Of a stretch of DNA of 64,000 nucleotides, positions 40,401 to 52,400 are shown piece after piece; position 1 is the first letter of the stretch; each line of letters starts with the position of its first letter. The position numbers and the translations under genes were made by a program. Under the pieces are notes generated by a model that was not told where the DNA came from, did no database searches, and worked only from the letters and a program-made list of their open reading frames with translations. This DNA comes from Planctomycetota bacterium (GTDB taxonomy: Bacteria > Planctomycetota > Planctomycetia > Pirellulales > PNKZ01): assembly GCA_018242585.1 (NCBI GenBank), contig JAFEBQ010000004.1, positions 35,558-99,557 of the forward strand. Direction: 5' to 3'.

Positions 40401-43400
40401 CGCCACGTCGGACGGTTCGATCACGTTGACGGTGTCGTCAACCTTGGGGCTGGCGGTGGGGCAAACCATCGTCGGACCAGGTATTCCGACCGGCGACACC
40501 ATTACGGCCATCGGCGCTGGCACCGTCACTCTGGCCGTCGCCCCCTCGGCCCCCTTCACAAGCCAGTCGGTCTCGACCGGCGGCACGGGCAACGTCGATC
40601 TGTTTGGCACGCTGACCTTGCAGGGAACGGGCTTCACCGGCGGCAGCTTGGAAAACAGCACCGGCACCGCCAACTCGAACAATCTGATTCTCCACCCCGG
40701 CGCGCAGCTCAGCTTTAACAACGGCACCAGCGGCAACATCGTCTCGACGTCGAGCGTGAGCGACCGGTTCAACGCCAACGCGTCGCTGGCGCTGTATGGC
40801 ACCACCGTCTCGATTAGCAGCCCGAGCAATGCGTCGTCGTCGATGTACATTGGCGGGGTCTCGTTCCTGGGCGGCTCGCGGATGGCGGCTATCTCGTCCG
40901 GCACCGGTTCGGCCACCTTGACCATCAGCGGCACGAACACCTTTACCCGGGTCGGCAACGGCACCATGGTGTTCCTCGACACCGCTGCCGGACGGTTGGG
41001 GAACACCACCGGCAACAACCGCGAGCAGATCATCGTCAACGGCGGTGTCACCAACATCAGCGGCACGGTCGTGAACGGCATGTTGCCGGCCTATTACATC
41101 GCCGGCAACGACAATACGTTCGTCACGTACGGCGCTGGCGGGTTCACCCGGGCCGCGTACAGCAATACCGTCCCGGCAGGCACGTTTACCCTTGGCGCCA
41201 ATGAGTTCGCCGGCACCGCCGTGGCCAACGTCACGGGTAGCGTCACGCTGTCCGACAACCCGGTGCTGTACGCAATGGCCATGGGCGCTGTCACGATCAA
41301 TAGCGGGGCCGGCCAGTTGAACACGATTCAATTGAACGGCACGACGGCTTCACCGCAGTCCGGCGGCGGCTTGCTCAGCTATGGCAGCGGCACGATCAAC
41401 GCCAATCTGAACTTCAACAATCAAGAAGCTCTGATCTACAACGCGGCGGGCGCCACGTTGACGATGAATGGCGTCATTCAAGGCGCCAGCACCATCACCA
41501 AGTTCGGCACGGGCACGTTGCTGGTAAACGCCGATCAAAGCAGCGCGGCCCTGGGCCCCGGCAACGGCTACGCCAACGGCTGGGTGGTGAACGAAGGCAC
41601 ATTGCAAGCCAACCAGTACGGCGCGCTGGGTGACGCGGTCCCGACCAATACCGTGCAACTGATTGGCAGCGCCAGCGGCGCCGCGACCTTGAGCTTGCAG
41701 TTGAACGTCAACGGCTTCCAGAACGCCACCTATTCGTCGGGCACGATCATCGCGGTCGACAACGCCGCCATCAACTGGCAATCAAACGGCAACGACCGCG
41801 TCAGCACGGTCGCGGATATCACCATTCAATCGACCGGCGGCGCGTTGGAGCCGGCCCAGTTCCAGTTGCAAATGAACAACCGTCTGCGCTCGATCCTGCA
41901 GGCGGGCGTCCTGACCATTCAAGCCATCGACACCAACGGCGCGGTGATTCCCAACGGCACGGCCAGCGCCATCGTCACCGTCTCGTACAGCACCACCTTG
42001 CCGGGCTCGACGACGACCACGCTGACCGCCGGGGTCGGGGCCACGGGCATGTCGGTGGCCAGCCTGGCCGGCGGCGCCAACACCACGTTGATGAAGTGGG
42101 GATCTGGCGAACTGTTCATCCGTGGCGACAGCAGCAGCGCCTTTAGCGGCAGCGTGCTGATCCAAGAAGGCGCTATTCAGGTCAACAGCAACGGCGCCTT
42201 GGGCACCGGCGCGGTAACCGTCAGCCGCTACGGCACCCTCGACATCAACGTGGCCAACTGGACACCCACGAATTCGTCGATCACCTACTCGACCGGCTCG
42301 CTGGTCCGCTTGTCGGCCGACGGCGCGCTGGCCGGCGCGTCGAGTTGGAGCCTGGGCGGCGCGACGCTGCAGGTCAACAACGACCAAGGCGTCGCCAGCC
42401 CGAACCTGTACGCCTCGCCGGTCACGATTCGTTTGAACGGCGGCTCGATCGAAGGGTTCATCCCCTATGAATCGAACATCATCCAGAGCAATCTCAGCCA
42501 GGGGATGGTCTACCGGACGTTGGGCTCGAACCTGACCATCGCGCTCGATGGTAACTCGTTCATCGGCCAGAACAACTCGCAAGGGGTCAACGGCCTGGAC
42601 AATGGCGCCCAGGCGAACGCGACGAGCCCGTTCACGCAAGCCGGCGCGGGCGCGATCCTGGTGGTCAATGGCGCGATCACCGATGGCAGCTTCGGTGGGG
42701 CCTCGTTGACCAAACAGGGCTTCGACACGGTGATCCTGGCGGGGCTCAACACCTACTCGGGCGGCACGTTCATCAACAACGGCATGTTGCGAATCGGCCA
42801 GACGAACGCGCTCTCGACGCTCGGCAACTTGTATACCACGTCCACCGGCGTGTTTGACTTGAATGGCTTCGACCAGACGGTCGCCATGCTCAGCAGCCAA
42901 ACGACGCCCACCACCGGCGTCAATCCCAACGGCGCCAATGGCTTTGTCTTCAACTCGGCGACGACGATCAACACCTTGACCATCGGCTTGTCGCCGTCGA
43001 CCTCGGCGACGTATGCCGGCCTCATTCAAGGCAACATCGCCCTGAATATCACCGCTGGCGAGACGGTGCTGGCCAACGCCAACACCTACGTCGGCGGCAC
43101 CACGATCAGCGGCGGCATCTTGACGGTGACGAATACTTCGGGATCGGGCGCCGGCACCGGCCCGGTCACGATCACTTCGGGCGCCCTGCAAGGGACCGGC
43201 ATCATCACGGGTCCGGTCACCTTGGGTGCCGCGGGCTCGATCAATCCTGGCACGTCCGCCTTCACCGGCGCGGGCCACCTGACCGTGAGCAGCCTGATTA
43301 GCAATGGCGGCACGCTGAACTTCCGCCTGAACGACACCTCGGCCAGTAGCGACCAGTTGATCATTGCCGGCGGCGTCGCGGCGCTGACGTTTAGCGCGCT

Positions 43401-46400
43401 GACCACGATTGGTCTCTCGAACCCCAACGGTCTGGCGGGCGGAAAAACCTACGCGCTGATCAACTACGGTGGTGGCGCGCTGGACCCGGCGCAATTCAAC
43501 ATGCTGCAACTGCAAAGCAGCACGCTGCTCATCAACACCACCAACTACAACGCCACCCTCGTCAACGACACGGCCAACCACTCGATTGACGTCTTGTTGT
43601 CCGCGCCGACCAATCTTACCTGGTACGGCGTCGGCACCTTGTCATCGAGCACCCAATTGGGAACGCCCGGCGTGTGGGATATCAACACGTCGAACAACTT
43701 CTACCAGGGGACGCTCTCGGGCGGTTCGGTCGTTTACCAGGATCCCAACGTCAATGACGTCACCTTCGATGACCACGCGGTATCGATCAGCGGCCTGACG
43801 ACGGTCACCCTGATCGGAAACGTCACGCCGCTGACCGTGACCTTCAACAACAACGCCAACAACTACGTGCTGACCGGCACGGGCAGCATCATCGGCATTA
43901 CCAGTGGTGGCCCTTTGACCAAACAAGGGTTGGGAAGTGCCACGATCGGCACCGCCAACACCTTTAACAGTGGCGCCTCGATCGAGAAGGGGACGCTGCT
44001 CGTCGCGGCCAGCACATCCCTCGACGGCGGCTCGACGGTGATTCAATCGGGCCCGCTGGGCACCGGGACCATCACGCTGGCGTCGGGAGCGGCCATCGGC
44101 GCCGACAACAGCAGCACCCAGACTCTGGCCAACAACATCGTTGCCAGGGGCGCCATTACGATCACCGGCAGCGGCAACCTGGTCTTCGACCAACAAGGGT
44201 TGACGGGGGTGAATCAGAATTACTTCTACCTGGGCGACAACACCACGCTGACCGTCAATAGCACCGCCACGATCAGCGACATCATTACCGATCAGGCATA
44301 CGGCACGGCGGGTAGCGGCGGCGCGAACCAAGGCTTCGCGCTGACCATTGCCGGCAGCAGCACGCTGAACCTGGGGGCGACGCCCAGCTACACCGGCGGC
44401 ACCGTGGTCAATGGCGGCACGCTCAACGTCCTGGCCAGCGGCAGCTTGCCCAGCGCGTCCAACCTGACGGTCGGCGCGTCCGGCACGGTGGTCCTCAACA
44501 ACATCGGTCAGTCACTGGCGACCGTCGCCAGCGATGGCGCCTTGACGTTTGCCGCCACCTCGGGCGTCAATACGATGGCCTCGCTCAGCGGCGCCGGCAC
44601 GACCAATCTGGCCGCGAACACGATCATCACTTCGCTGAACAGCTCGGGAATCATCGCCGTCAACTCGGGCACGACCACCACCGTGACGGTCAGCAATGGC
44701 ATCTTCTCGGGGGCGTTGAACGGCAATACCAATCTGTACAAGGGGGGGGCCGCGAGCGACCTGCTCACCATCTCGGGCACTGGCAACTATTCCGGCATCA
44801 CGACCATCGCCGCTGGCACGCTGAACGTGACCTCGCTGGCCGATGGTGGGCAAGTGAGTTCGGTGGGCGCGTCGGGCAACCAGTCGAACAACCTGGTCAT
44901 CAATAACAACGCGGCGCTGCAATACACCGGCACGTCCAATTCGAGCACCGACCGGCTATTCACCATCGCGGGCGCGAACGCCACGCTCGACGCCTCGGGA
45001 GCCGGAGCGGTGGTCTTCTCGAACGCCGGCAGTCTGAACTTCAGCAACAACGGCGCGACCGTTTTGAACCTGACCGGGAATAGCGCGCAGTTGAACGTGC
45101 TGACCCCGATCATCACAAACCCCACGAGCGGCCTCACCTCGGTGATGAAATCGGGCCTTGGCACGTGGGAACTGGCCGGCCTGAACACCTATGGCGGCGT
45201 CACGACCATCAGCAGCGGCATCCTGGCCGTCACCACGATGTCGGCCGGAGGCTTGGCCAGCAGCGTCGGCGCGTCGTCCAACGCGGCCGCCAGCTTGGTC
45301 ATTGGCGGCGCCACGTCGGCCGGCACGTTGCAATACTTGGGCAACGGCGACTCGACCGACCGCTTGTTCACCATCGGCGCCAGCAGCGGCACGATCGACG
45401 CCTCGGGCGCGGGCTTGCTTAACTTCACGAGCGGCGGGGCCATTGTATTTCAAGGAGCCGCGAACTCGACGCACACCATCACCTTGACCGGCACGGGCAG
45501 CGGCGCGCTGTCGCCGGTGATTGGCAACTTTGGCAGCGGCGCAACGGCCGTCACCAAGAACGGCGCCGGCCAATGGGCCCTCGCGGCGTTGAACACCTAC
45601 ACCGGTGTCACGTCGATCAACGGTGGCACGCTGAGCGTGAGCGTCCTGGCCAACGGCGGCGCGAACAGCAACATCGGCGCTTCGTCCAACGCGGCGGGCA
45701 ACCTGGTCATCGGCAGCGGCGGCGCATTGCAGTTCATTGGCTCGTCCGGAGGCTCGACCGACCGGTTGTTGACCGTCAATCCTGGCAACGCCGTGCTCGA
45801 CGCGTCGGGCTCGGTGGCCTTGCAATTCACCAACAGCGGAGCAGTCGCTCTGAGCGGCACCAATACCGCCCGGACGATCACCTTCACGGGCACGTCGGTC
45901 GGCAGCTTGATCAACACCTTTGCCCCGACCATTGGCAACAACGGCACCGGCGCCACGTCGGTCACCAAGGACGGCACGAACCTTTGGGCGCTGACCGGTT
46001 CAAACAGCTATACCGGCGTGACCCGGATTCTCAACGGCACGTTGAGCATGAGCGTCGTCGCCAACGGTGGCACGAGCAGCCCCCTGGGCGCCGCTTCCAA
46101 CGCATCGACGAACCTGGTCATCGACGGCGGCGCGCTGCAATACACGGGCGGCGCGGCATTCACCGACCGCCTGTTTACCATCGGCACCGGCGGCGCGACG
46201 CTCGACGCCTCGGGCAGCGGCCTACTTAATTTGAACAACGGCAGCGCGTTGACCTTGCTGGGCGCCAACACGCAGCGGACGTTGACCTTGACCGGCGCCG
46301 GCTCGGGGTTGCTGGCGGCGATCATTCCCGACAATGGCACCGGCACCACGCCGCAACTGTCGATTTACAAGGACGGCATTGGTTCGTGGGCACTGACCTC

Positions 46401-49400
46401 GAACGGCAGCACCTACACGGGCACCGTCACGATCAATGCTGGCACGCTGAGCGTGTCGACGTTGGCCAACGGTGGCGTGGCGAGCAGCCTGGGCAAATCG
46501 AGCAACGCAGCCAGCAACCTGCTGATTGGCAACAATGCCGCGCTGCAATACACCGGCGGCAACATCACCACCGACCGGCTGTTCACGATTGCCGGCGCGA
46601 CGGCCATCGTCGACGCCTCGGGCTCGGGAACCTTGACCTTCAGCAATGCCGGCGCGGTCGCCTTTGGCACGGTCGATCAAGCCGCCACGCTGCAAATCAC
46701 CGGTACCGGCAATGCCGTGTTCAGCACTGGTTTGAATGACAACGGCGCGGGCTCGGTCTCGCTGCTCAAGGCCGGCACGGGCACTTGGACCCTGCTGGGC
46801 AACAATGGCTATTCGGGCACCACGACGATCAGCGGCGGCACGCTGCAGATCGGTAACGGCGGCGTGACGGGAACCCTCAGCGGCACCAGCGGCGTCACCG
46901 GCACGGGAGGCACGCTGACCTTCAACCGTTCCGGAAGCATCGAGTTCGACGCGCCCATCGGCGGCGCGGTCAATGTCGTGCAAGCCAACGCCGGAACCCT
47001 GATTCTGACCGGCGCCAACGGCTACACCGGCACGACGACGATTACCTCGGGCACCCTGCAAATCGGCAACGGCGGCGCCTCGGGCTCGATCGCCAACACA
47101 AGCGCCGTGACCGACAACGGCACCCTGGTGTTCAACACCTCGGGCGACACCTCGCTGGCGGCGGCTATCAGTGGCACGGGCGCGGTGATTCAAAATGGCT
47201 CGGGCACCGTCACGCTCAGCGGCGCAAATACTTACTCGGGCATCACGACGATCAATGGTGGCACGCTGAGCGTGGCGTCGTTGGCGGTCGGGGGCCTGGC
47301 CAGCGGCATCGGACGCTCGGGCAGCCAATCGGGCAATCTGGTCATCAACGGCGGCGCGCTGCAGTACACCGGCAACGGGGGCATCACCGACCGATTGTTC
47401 ACCGTCGGTACCGCGGGCGCAACCCTTGACGCCTCGGGCCCGGGACTGTTGCAGATCGCCAACCCCGGCGCGATCGCTTACGCAGGCACGGGCACGAACG
47501 TGACGCTGACCTTGACCGGCAGCGGCACCGCCGCGCTGGCCGCGGCCATCAACGACATCGCCGGCGCTCAAACCGCGGTGAACGTGGCCGGCGGCTCGTG
47601 GACGTTGTCGTCGAACACCAGCGCCTATTCGGGCGGCACCACGATTGGCGGCAACGTGTACGTCACCAACACCAGCGGCTCGGCCCTGGGGTCGGGCGCG
47701 GTCACGATCAATGCCGGTGGCAATCTTTCGGGAACGGGCATCGTGAGCGGCGCCGTCACGCTGAATGCCGGCGGAACCATCGCGGCCGGCATCCTGGGCA
47801 CGCCGGGCACCTTGACCCTCGGTTCGCTGGCCACGGGCTCGACGGGAGTGGTGAACATCAACTTCGCATTGCACGACTATCAGGGCGTGCAGGGCGCGAA
47901 CAGCTTGCTGGCGATTACCTCGGCCACCTTGCCGGTGTTCAGCACCACCACGTCGGTCAACATTACCGGACTGTCTGGGTTTGGCCTGGGAACCTATCAG
48001 CTGTTCAGCTATGCCGCCAGCGGGCTGTTGAGCGCCGGCAGCATGGCGAACCTGCAGATCGGCAACGTCACCGGCGCTGGCAGTTTCTCGTATGCGTTCC
48101 AGAACGTGGCCAATCAGATCGATCTGGTCGTGTCGGCCGCGGTTCTCAATCTGACATGGACCGGCGCCGACACGCCGGCTCAATGGGATCTGACCACGAC
48201 GAATAACTGGCTCAATGGGGCCAGCCCAGCCACCTACATCGATGGCGCGAACGTCACGTTTGCCGACAGCCCAACCACGACATCGGTGACGGTCGCGACC
48301 ACGGTGACCCCGGGCTCGATCACGTTCACCAACACCACGACCGCTTACACGATCACGGGCACGGGCACGATCGCCGGTGCCACGACGGCCCTGCAAGCGA
48401 ACGGTAGCGGGATGATCACGATCAACAACTTGAACACTTACGGCGGTGGCACGACGGTCAACGGCGGCACGATGGTCGTCGGTTCGAGCACGCAAGTCAC
48501 CAGTGGCACGCTGGCGTCGGGCCCATTGGGCCTTGGCACGATCACCCTCTCCGATGGCGTAAGCTTGGGCGGTGACGGCCAGACCTTGGCCAACGCGCTG
48601 GCCATCGCCGGCGGCGTGACCTTCACCGGCAGCGGCAATCTCACCTTCGACCCACAATCACTCTCCGCGGCAAACACGGTCACGTTGCTGGGCAATGCCA
48701 CGCTCACGGTCAGCAACTTGACCACCACGATCAACGACGTGATTACCGACCTGGGCAACTCCCGATCGCTGACCAAGGCAGGGAGCGGCACTTTGGAGAT
48801 CGGCGCGATCGCCCAATACACCGGCGCGACGATCGTCAATGCCGGCACCCTGAGCGTCCTGAGCACCGGCGGCCTCGCCTCGGGCAACAACTTAACCGTG
48901 GCGGCCTCGGCCGCGGCTCAGTTCGCGAACGCGAATCAAACCCTCGGCACCGCCAATATCAGCGGAGCTCTGACCTTCTCGGCGGCCGGCGCAAGCACGA
49001 TCGGCAGCCTGACTGGCAGTGGCACCGTGACGGTGACCAACGCCTCGGCCATCTCGCTGGCGGTGAACGGCGGCAGCTTCGGCGGCGCGATCAATGGCTC
49101 GGGCGCCTTGGTGTTCACTGGCGACACTACGCTGTCGGGTGCTAGCGGCTACACGGGCGGCACGACGGTCAGTGGCGGCGTGCTGAACGTGCTGAGCACG
49201 GGCAGCCTGGCCAGCACGGGTAACCTGACGCTGACGGGGACGGCGGCGGCGATCTTCGCCAACGTGGGCCAGCAACTGGCGATTGTGAACAACGGCAGCT
49301 CGACGGCGGGAGCCTTGAGCTTCTCGGCCACGAGCGGCACGATCACGCTGACCCAGTTGACCGGCTCGGGCAACACGCTGTTTGCCAGCAACGCCAACGT

Positions 49401-52400
49401 AACCACGTTCGACACGGGTTCGGCCACCGTGGCCGGCAACGGCACGTTCACCACCGTGAACAGCGGCACGTTGACGGTCTCGGGCGTGGCGACCATCGGC
49501 ACCATCGCCGGCGGCACCGTCCGCCTGGGCGGCGCGACGGCGGCGATCACCACCCAGAGCGGCGGCCTGGTCACCATCCTCGGCAGCGGCACGTTGACCA
49601 CCTTCTCGGGCGGCACGTTGACGTTCGCCGGGGCTTCGACCACCAACGCGATCAGCAACCTGACGGCCTCGGGGACCGTGGTCGCCTCGACTTCGAGCAC
49701 GATCTTGAACGTGAGTGGCGGCAGCTTCGCCGGCACGATTACCGGCAGCGGTTCGGTCGCGGTGCTGGGCAGCTTCCGCCTGGGCGGCAGCACCCAGAGC
49801 TATACCGGCACGACCACTGTGTCGGGAACTGGCACCTTGAACCTGACCTTGTCGAGCGCCATGAGCGGCACGACGGTCAACGTGAACAACGGCGGCGTGC
49901 TGAACGTGCTGAACGGCACGTCGCTGGCGAGCGGCACGAACCTGACGGCCGACGGCACGGTCAGCTTCAGCGCCGATCAGACGCTGGCCTCGTTGACTGG
50001 TTCGACCGGCATCGTGAGCATCAGCGGCACGACGCTGACGATTGGCGGCGGCAGCTACGCCGGCCAGATCAACGGCGTCAGCGGCAACCTGGCGGTTACC
50101 GGCACAACGACCCTCAGCGGTGCGTTGGGATACGATGGCGCCACGACCGTTTCGGGCACCTTGGATCTGAACCTGGCCAGCGTGATGAGCAGCACCAGCG
50201 TCACCGTCTCGAATAGCGGCGTCCTGAACGTGCTAACCGCGAACTCGCTGGCTTCGACCACCGCCCTGACGAACAACGGCACGGTCAGCTTCAGCGCCTC
50301 GCAGGCCCTGGCCAGCTTGGACGGCGGCAGCAGCGCTACCTTGAGCCTGGGCGGCAACACGCTGACCATCTCGGGCGCGGGCGGCAGCTTTGGCGGCGCG
50401 ATCAACGGCACGGGCGTGGTGGCGATGAACAGCGCCAGCGGCGTGCAGACCTTGTCGGGCACGAGCAACTACACGGGCGGCACCAACCTGGTGGCCGGCA
50501 CGCTGGTCATCGTCGGCGCCAACGCCCTGGGGACCGGCACGTTGTCGTTCAACGGCGGCGTGCTCCGCTCGTACAATGACGTGGCGCTGACCAATCCGAT
50601 TAACATCAGCACCTCGAACGGTGGCTTCGACGTGGTTAACTCGGGCGAGAATGTCACGCTGAGCGGGACGATCTATGGCTCGGCCCAGTTGACCAAGTTG
50701 GGGGATGGCACCTTGTGGCTGACTGGCGCCAGTAACTCGACCGCCACCACGTCGGTCCAAAGCGGCACCGTCAGCGGCAACGCCAGCAACGCCGGCACGT
50801 CCGTGGAGGTCACCAGCGGCGCGACCTTCTCGTTCAACCAGACCGCGCCGGGCGCTTACACCGGCACGATCACCGGCACCGGTAACATCCAGGTCACCGG
50901 CGGCAGCACCCTGACCCTGTCGGGAGTCGGCAGCAGCTACAGCGGCACCACCGCCGTCAGCGGCGCCACGTTGTACGTCGGCAACGCCGGCAACCTGGGC
51001 ACGGGCGGTCTGGTGATCACCGACGGCACGCTGAGCGGCAACCTGACCGGCGCGATCATCTATCCGTCGCCGGTCACCTTGTCGGGGAGCAGCAACCTGG
51101 TGGTGCCGAACACCGGCGTCACCATCTCGCTGACCGGCACCGTGACCGGCAGCGGCAGCTTCAACTACACCGGCACCGGCAGCACGCTGGTCTTGGCCAA
51201 CAATAACATCGGAGCGTTGACCGCTTCGCTGGCCGTCACGGCTGGCACGCTGCAAGTCACCAACGCCGGCGGCTTGGGCACCGGCACCGTAACGGTGAGC
51301 GCCAACGGCCAGTTGGCGTTCTCGAACCTGGGCACGATCAGCACGTCGAACAACATCACGGTCTTCAGCACGACTTTGAACAGCGCTCCGGCCCTGTCGT
51401 TCTCGGGCAACAACACCTTCAACGGCAACTTGACGGTGGGTGGTTCGGCCGGCAGCGTGGCGGTCGTCGGCCTGGATTCGGGCAGCTTCACGACTTTGAG
51501 TGGCACGCTGACCAAGACCGACACGATCTTCGAGTTCAAGAACACCGGTTCGAGCGTCGCCAATCTGTTCATCAGCGGCACGCTGGTCAGCGTCAACCCG
51601 GGCGGCGCCTACGACAGCGACGTGATCTTCAACGGCAATAACCAAGGCCTGAACGTCACGCTCTCCAGTGCCCAGAGCTACTCGGGGCCGACCTACGTCA
51701 CCAATGGCAGCACCCTGGCCCTGGCCGCCAGTAACGTGTTGCCCACGCCGACCAATGGCGGCGCTTACACGGACATGACGTTGACCACTTCGGCCTCGGT
51801 CACGACGTTCGATCTGGCCGGCAACAGCGATACGGTTCGCAGCCTGTCGAGCTTGAACAGCGGCACCTCGACCTCGGGCAGCAACATCGTCACTGACTCG
51901 GTGGCGACGGCCAGCACGCTGACCATCGCCATGACCAACACCACCTTGGCCAACGGCGCCACGGGCCTGGCCACGTTCAACGGCGTGGTCAGTGGCAGCA
52001 ATCTGAGCATGGTGATGGCCGGCGCCAGCGGCACCGCCCAGGTAATGACCGGCGTGAACACCTACGGCGGTTCGACCACGATCTCGGGTGGCGCTTACGT
52101 GGTGAACGGCTCGATCGGCACGGGCAACGTCACGGTGATGAGCGGCTCGAACGGCGCGATCCTGTCGGGCAACGGCACCGTGAACGGCGCCGTGGTCGTG
52201 CAGCACGGCGCCACCAGCGCTCAGGACGGTGTCATCAGCCCGGGCCTGAATGGTGTGAATGGCGCGACGGCCGCTCAGCAGACCGGCGTCTTGACGGTCG
52301 CCAACAACCTGACGATCAACGGCACCTACCTGTGGGATGTCAACCCGAACACGAGTTCGACGAACATCGGCACGGCCGGCACGAACTACGACCAGATCCA

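Noticed and set aside
44785-50500. Regularly spaced repeats in the giant gene, considered as a possible CRISPR or other non-coding array.
   Set aside because: Units are ~400 nt, diverged, in frame and translated as coherent protein repeats. There are no short identical direct repeats with unique spacers.
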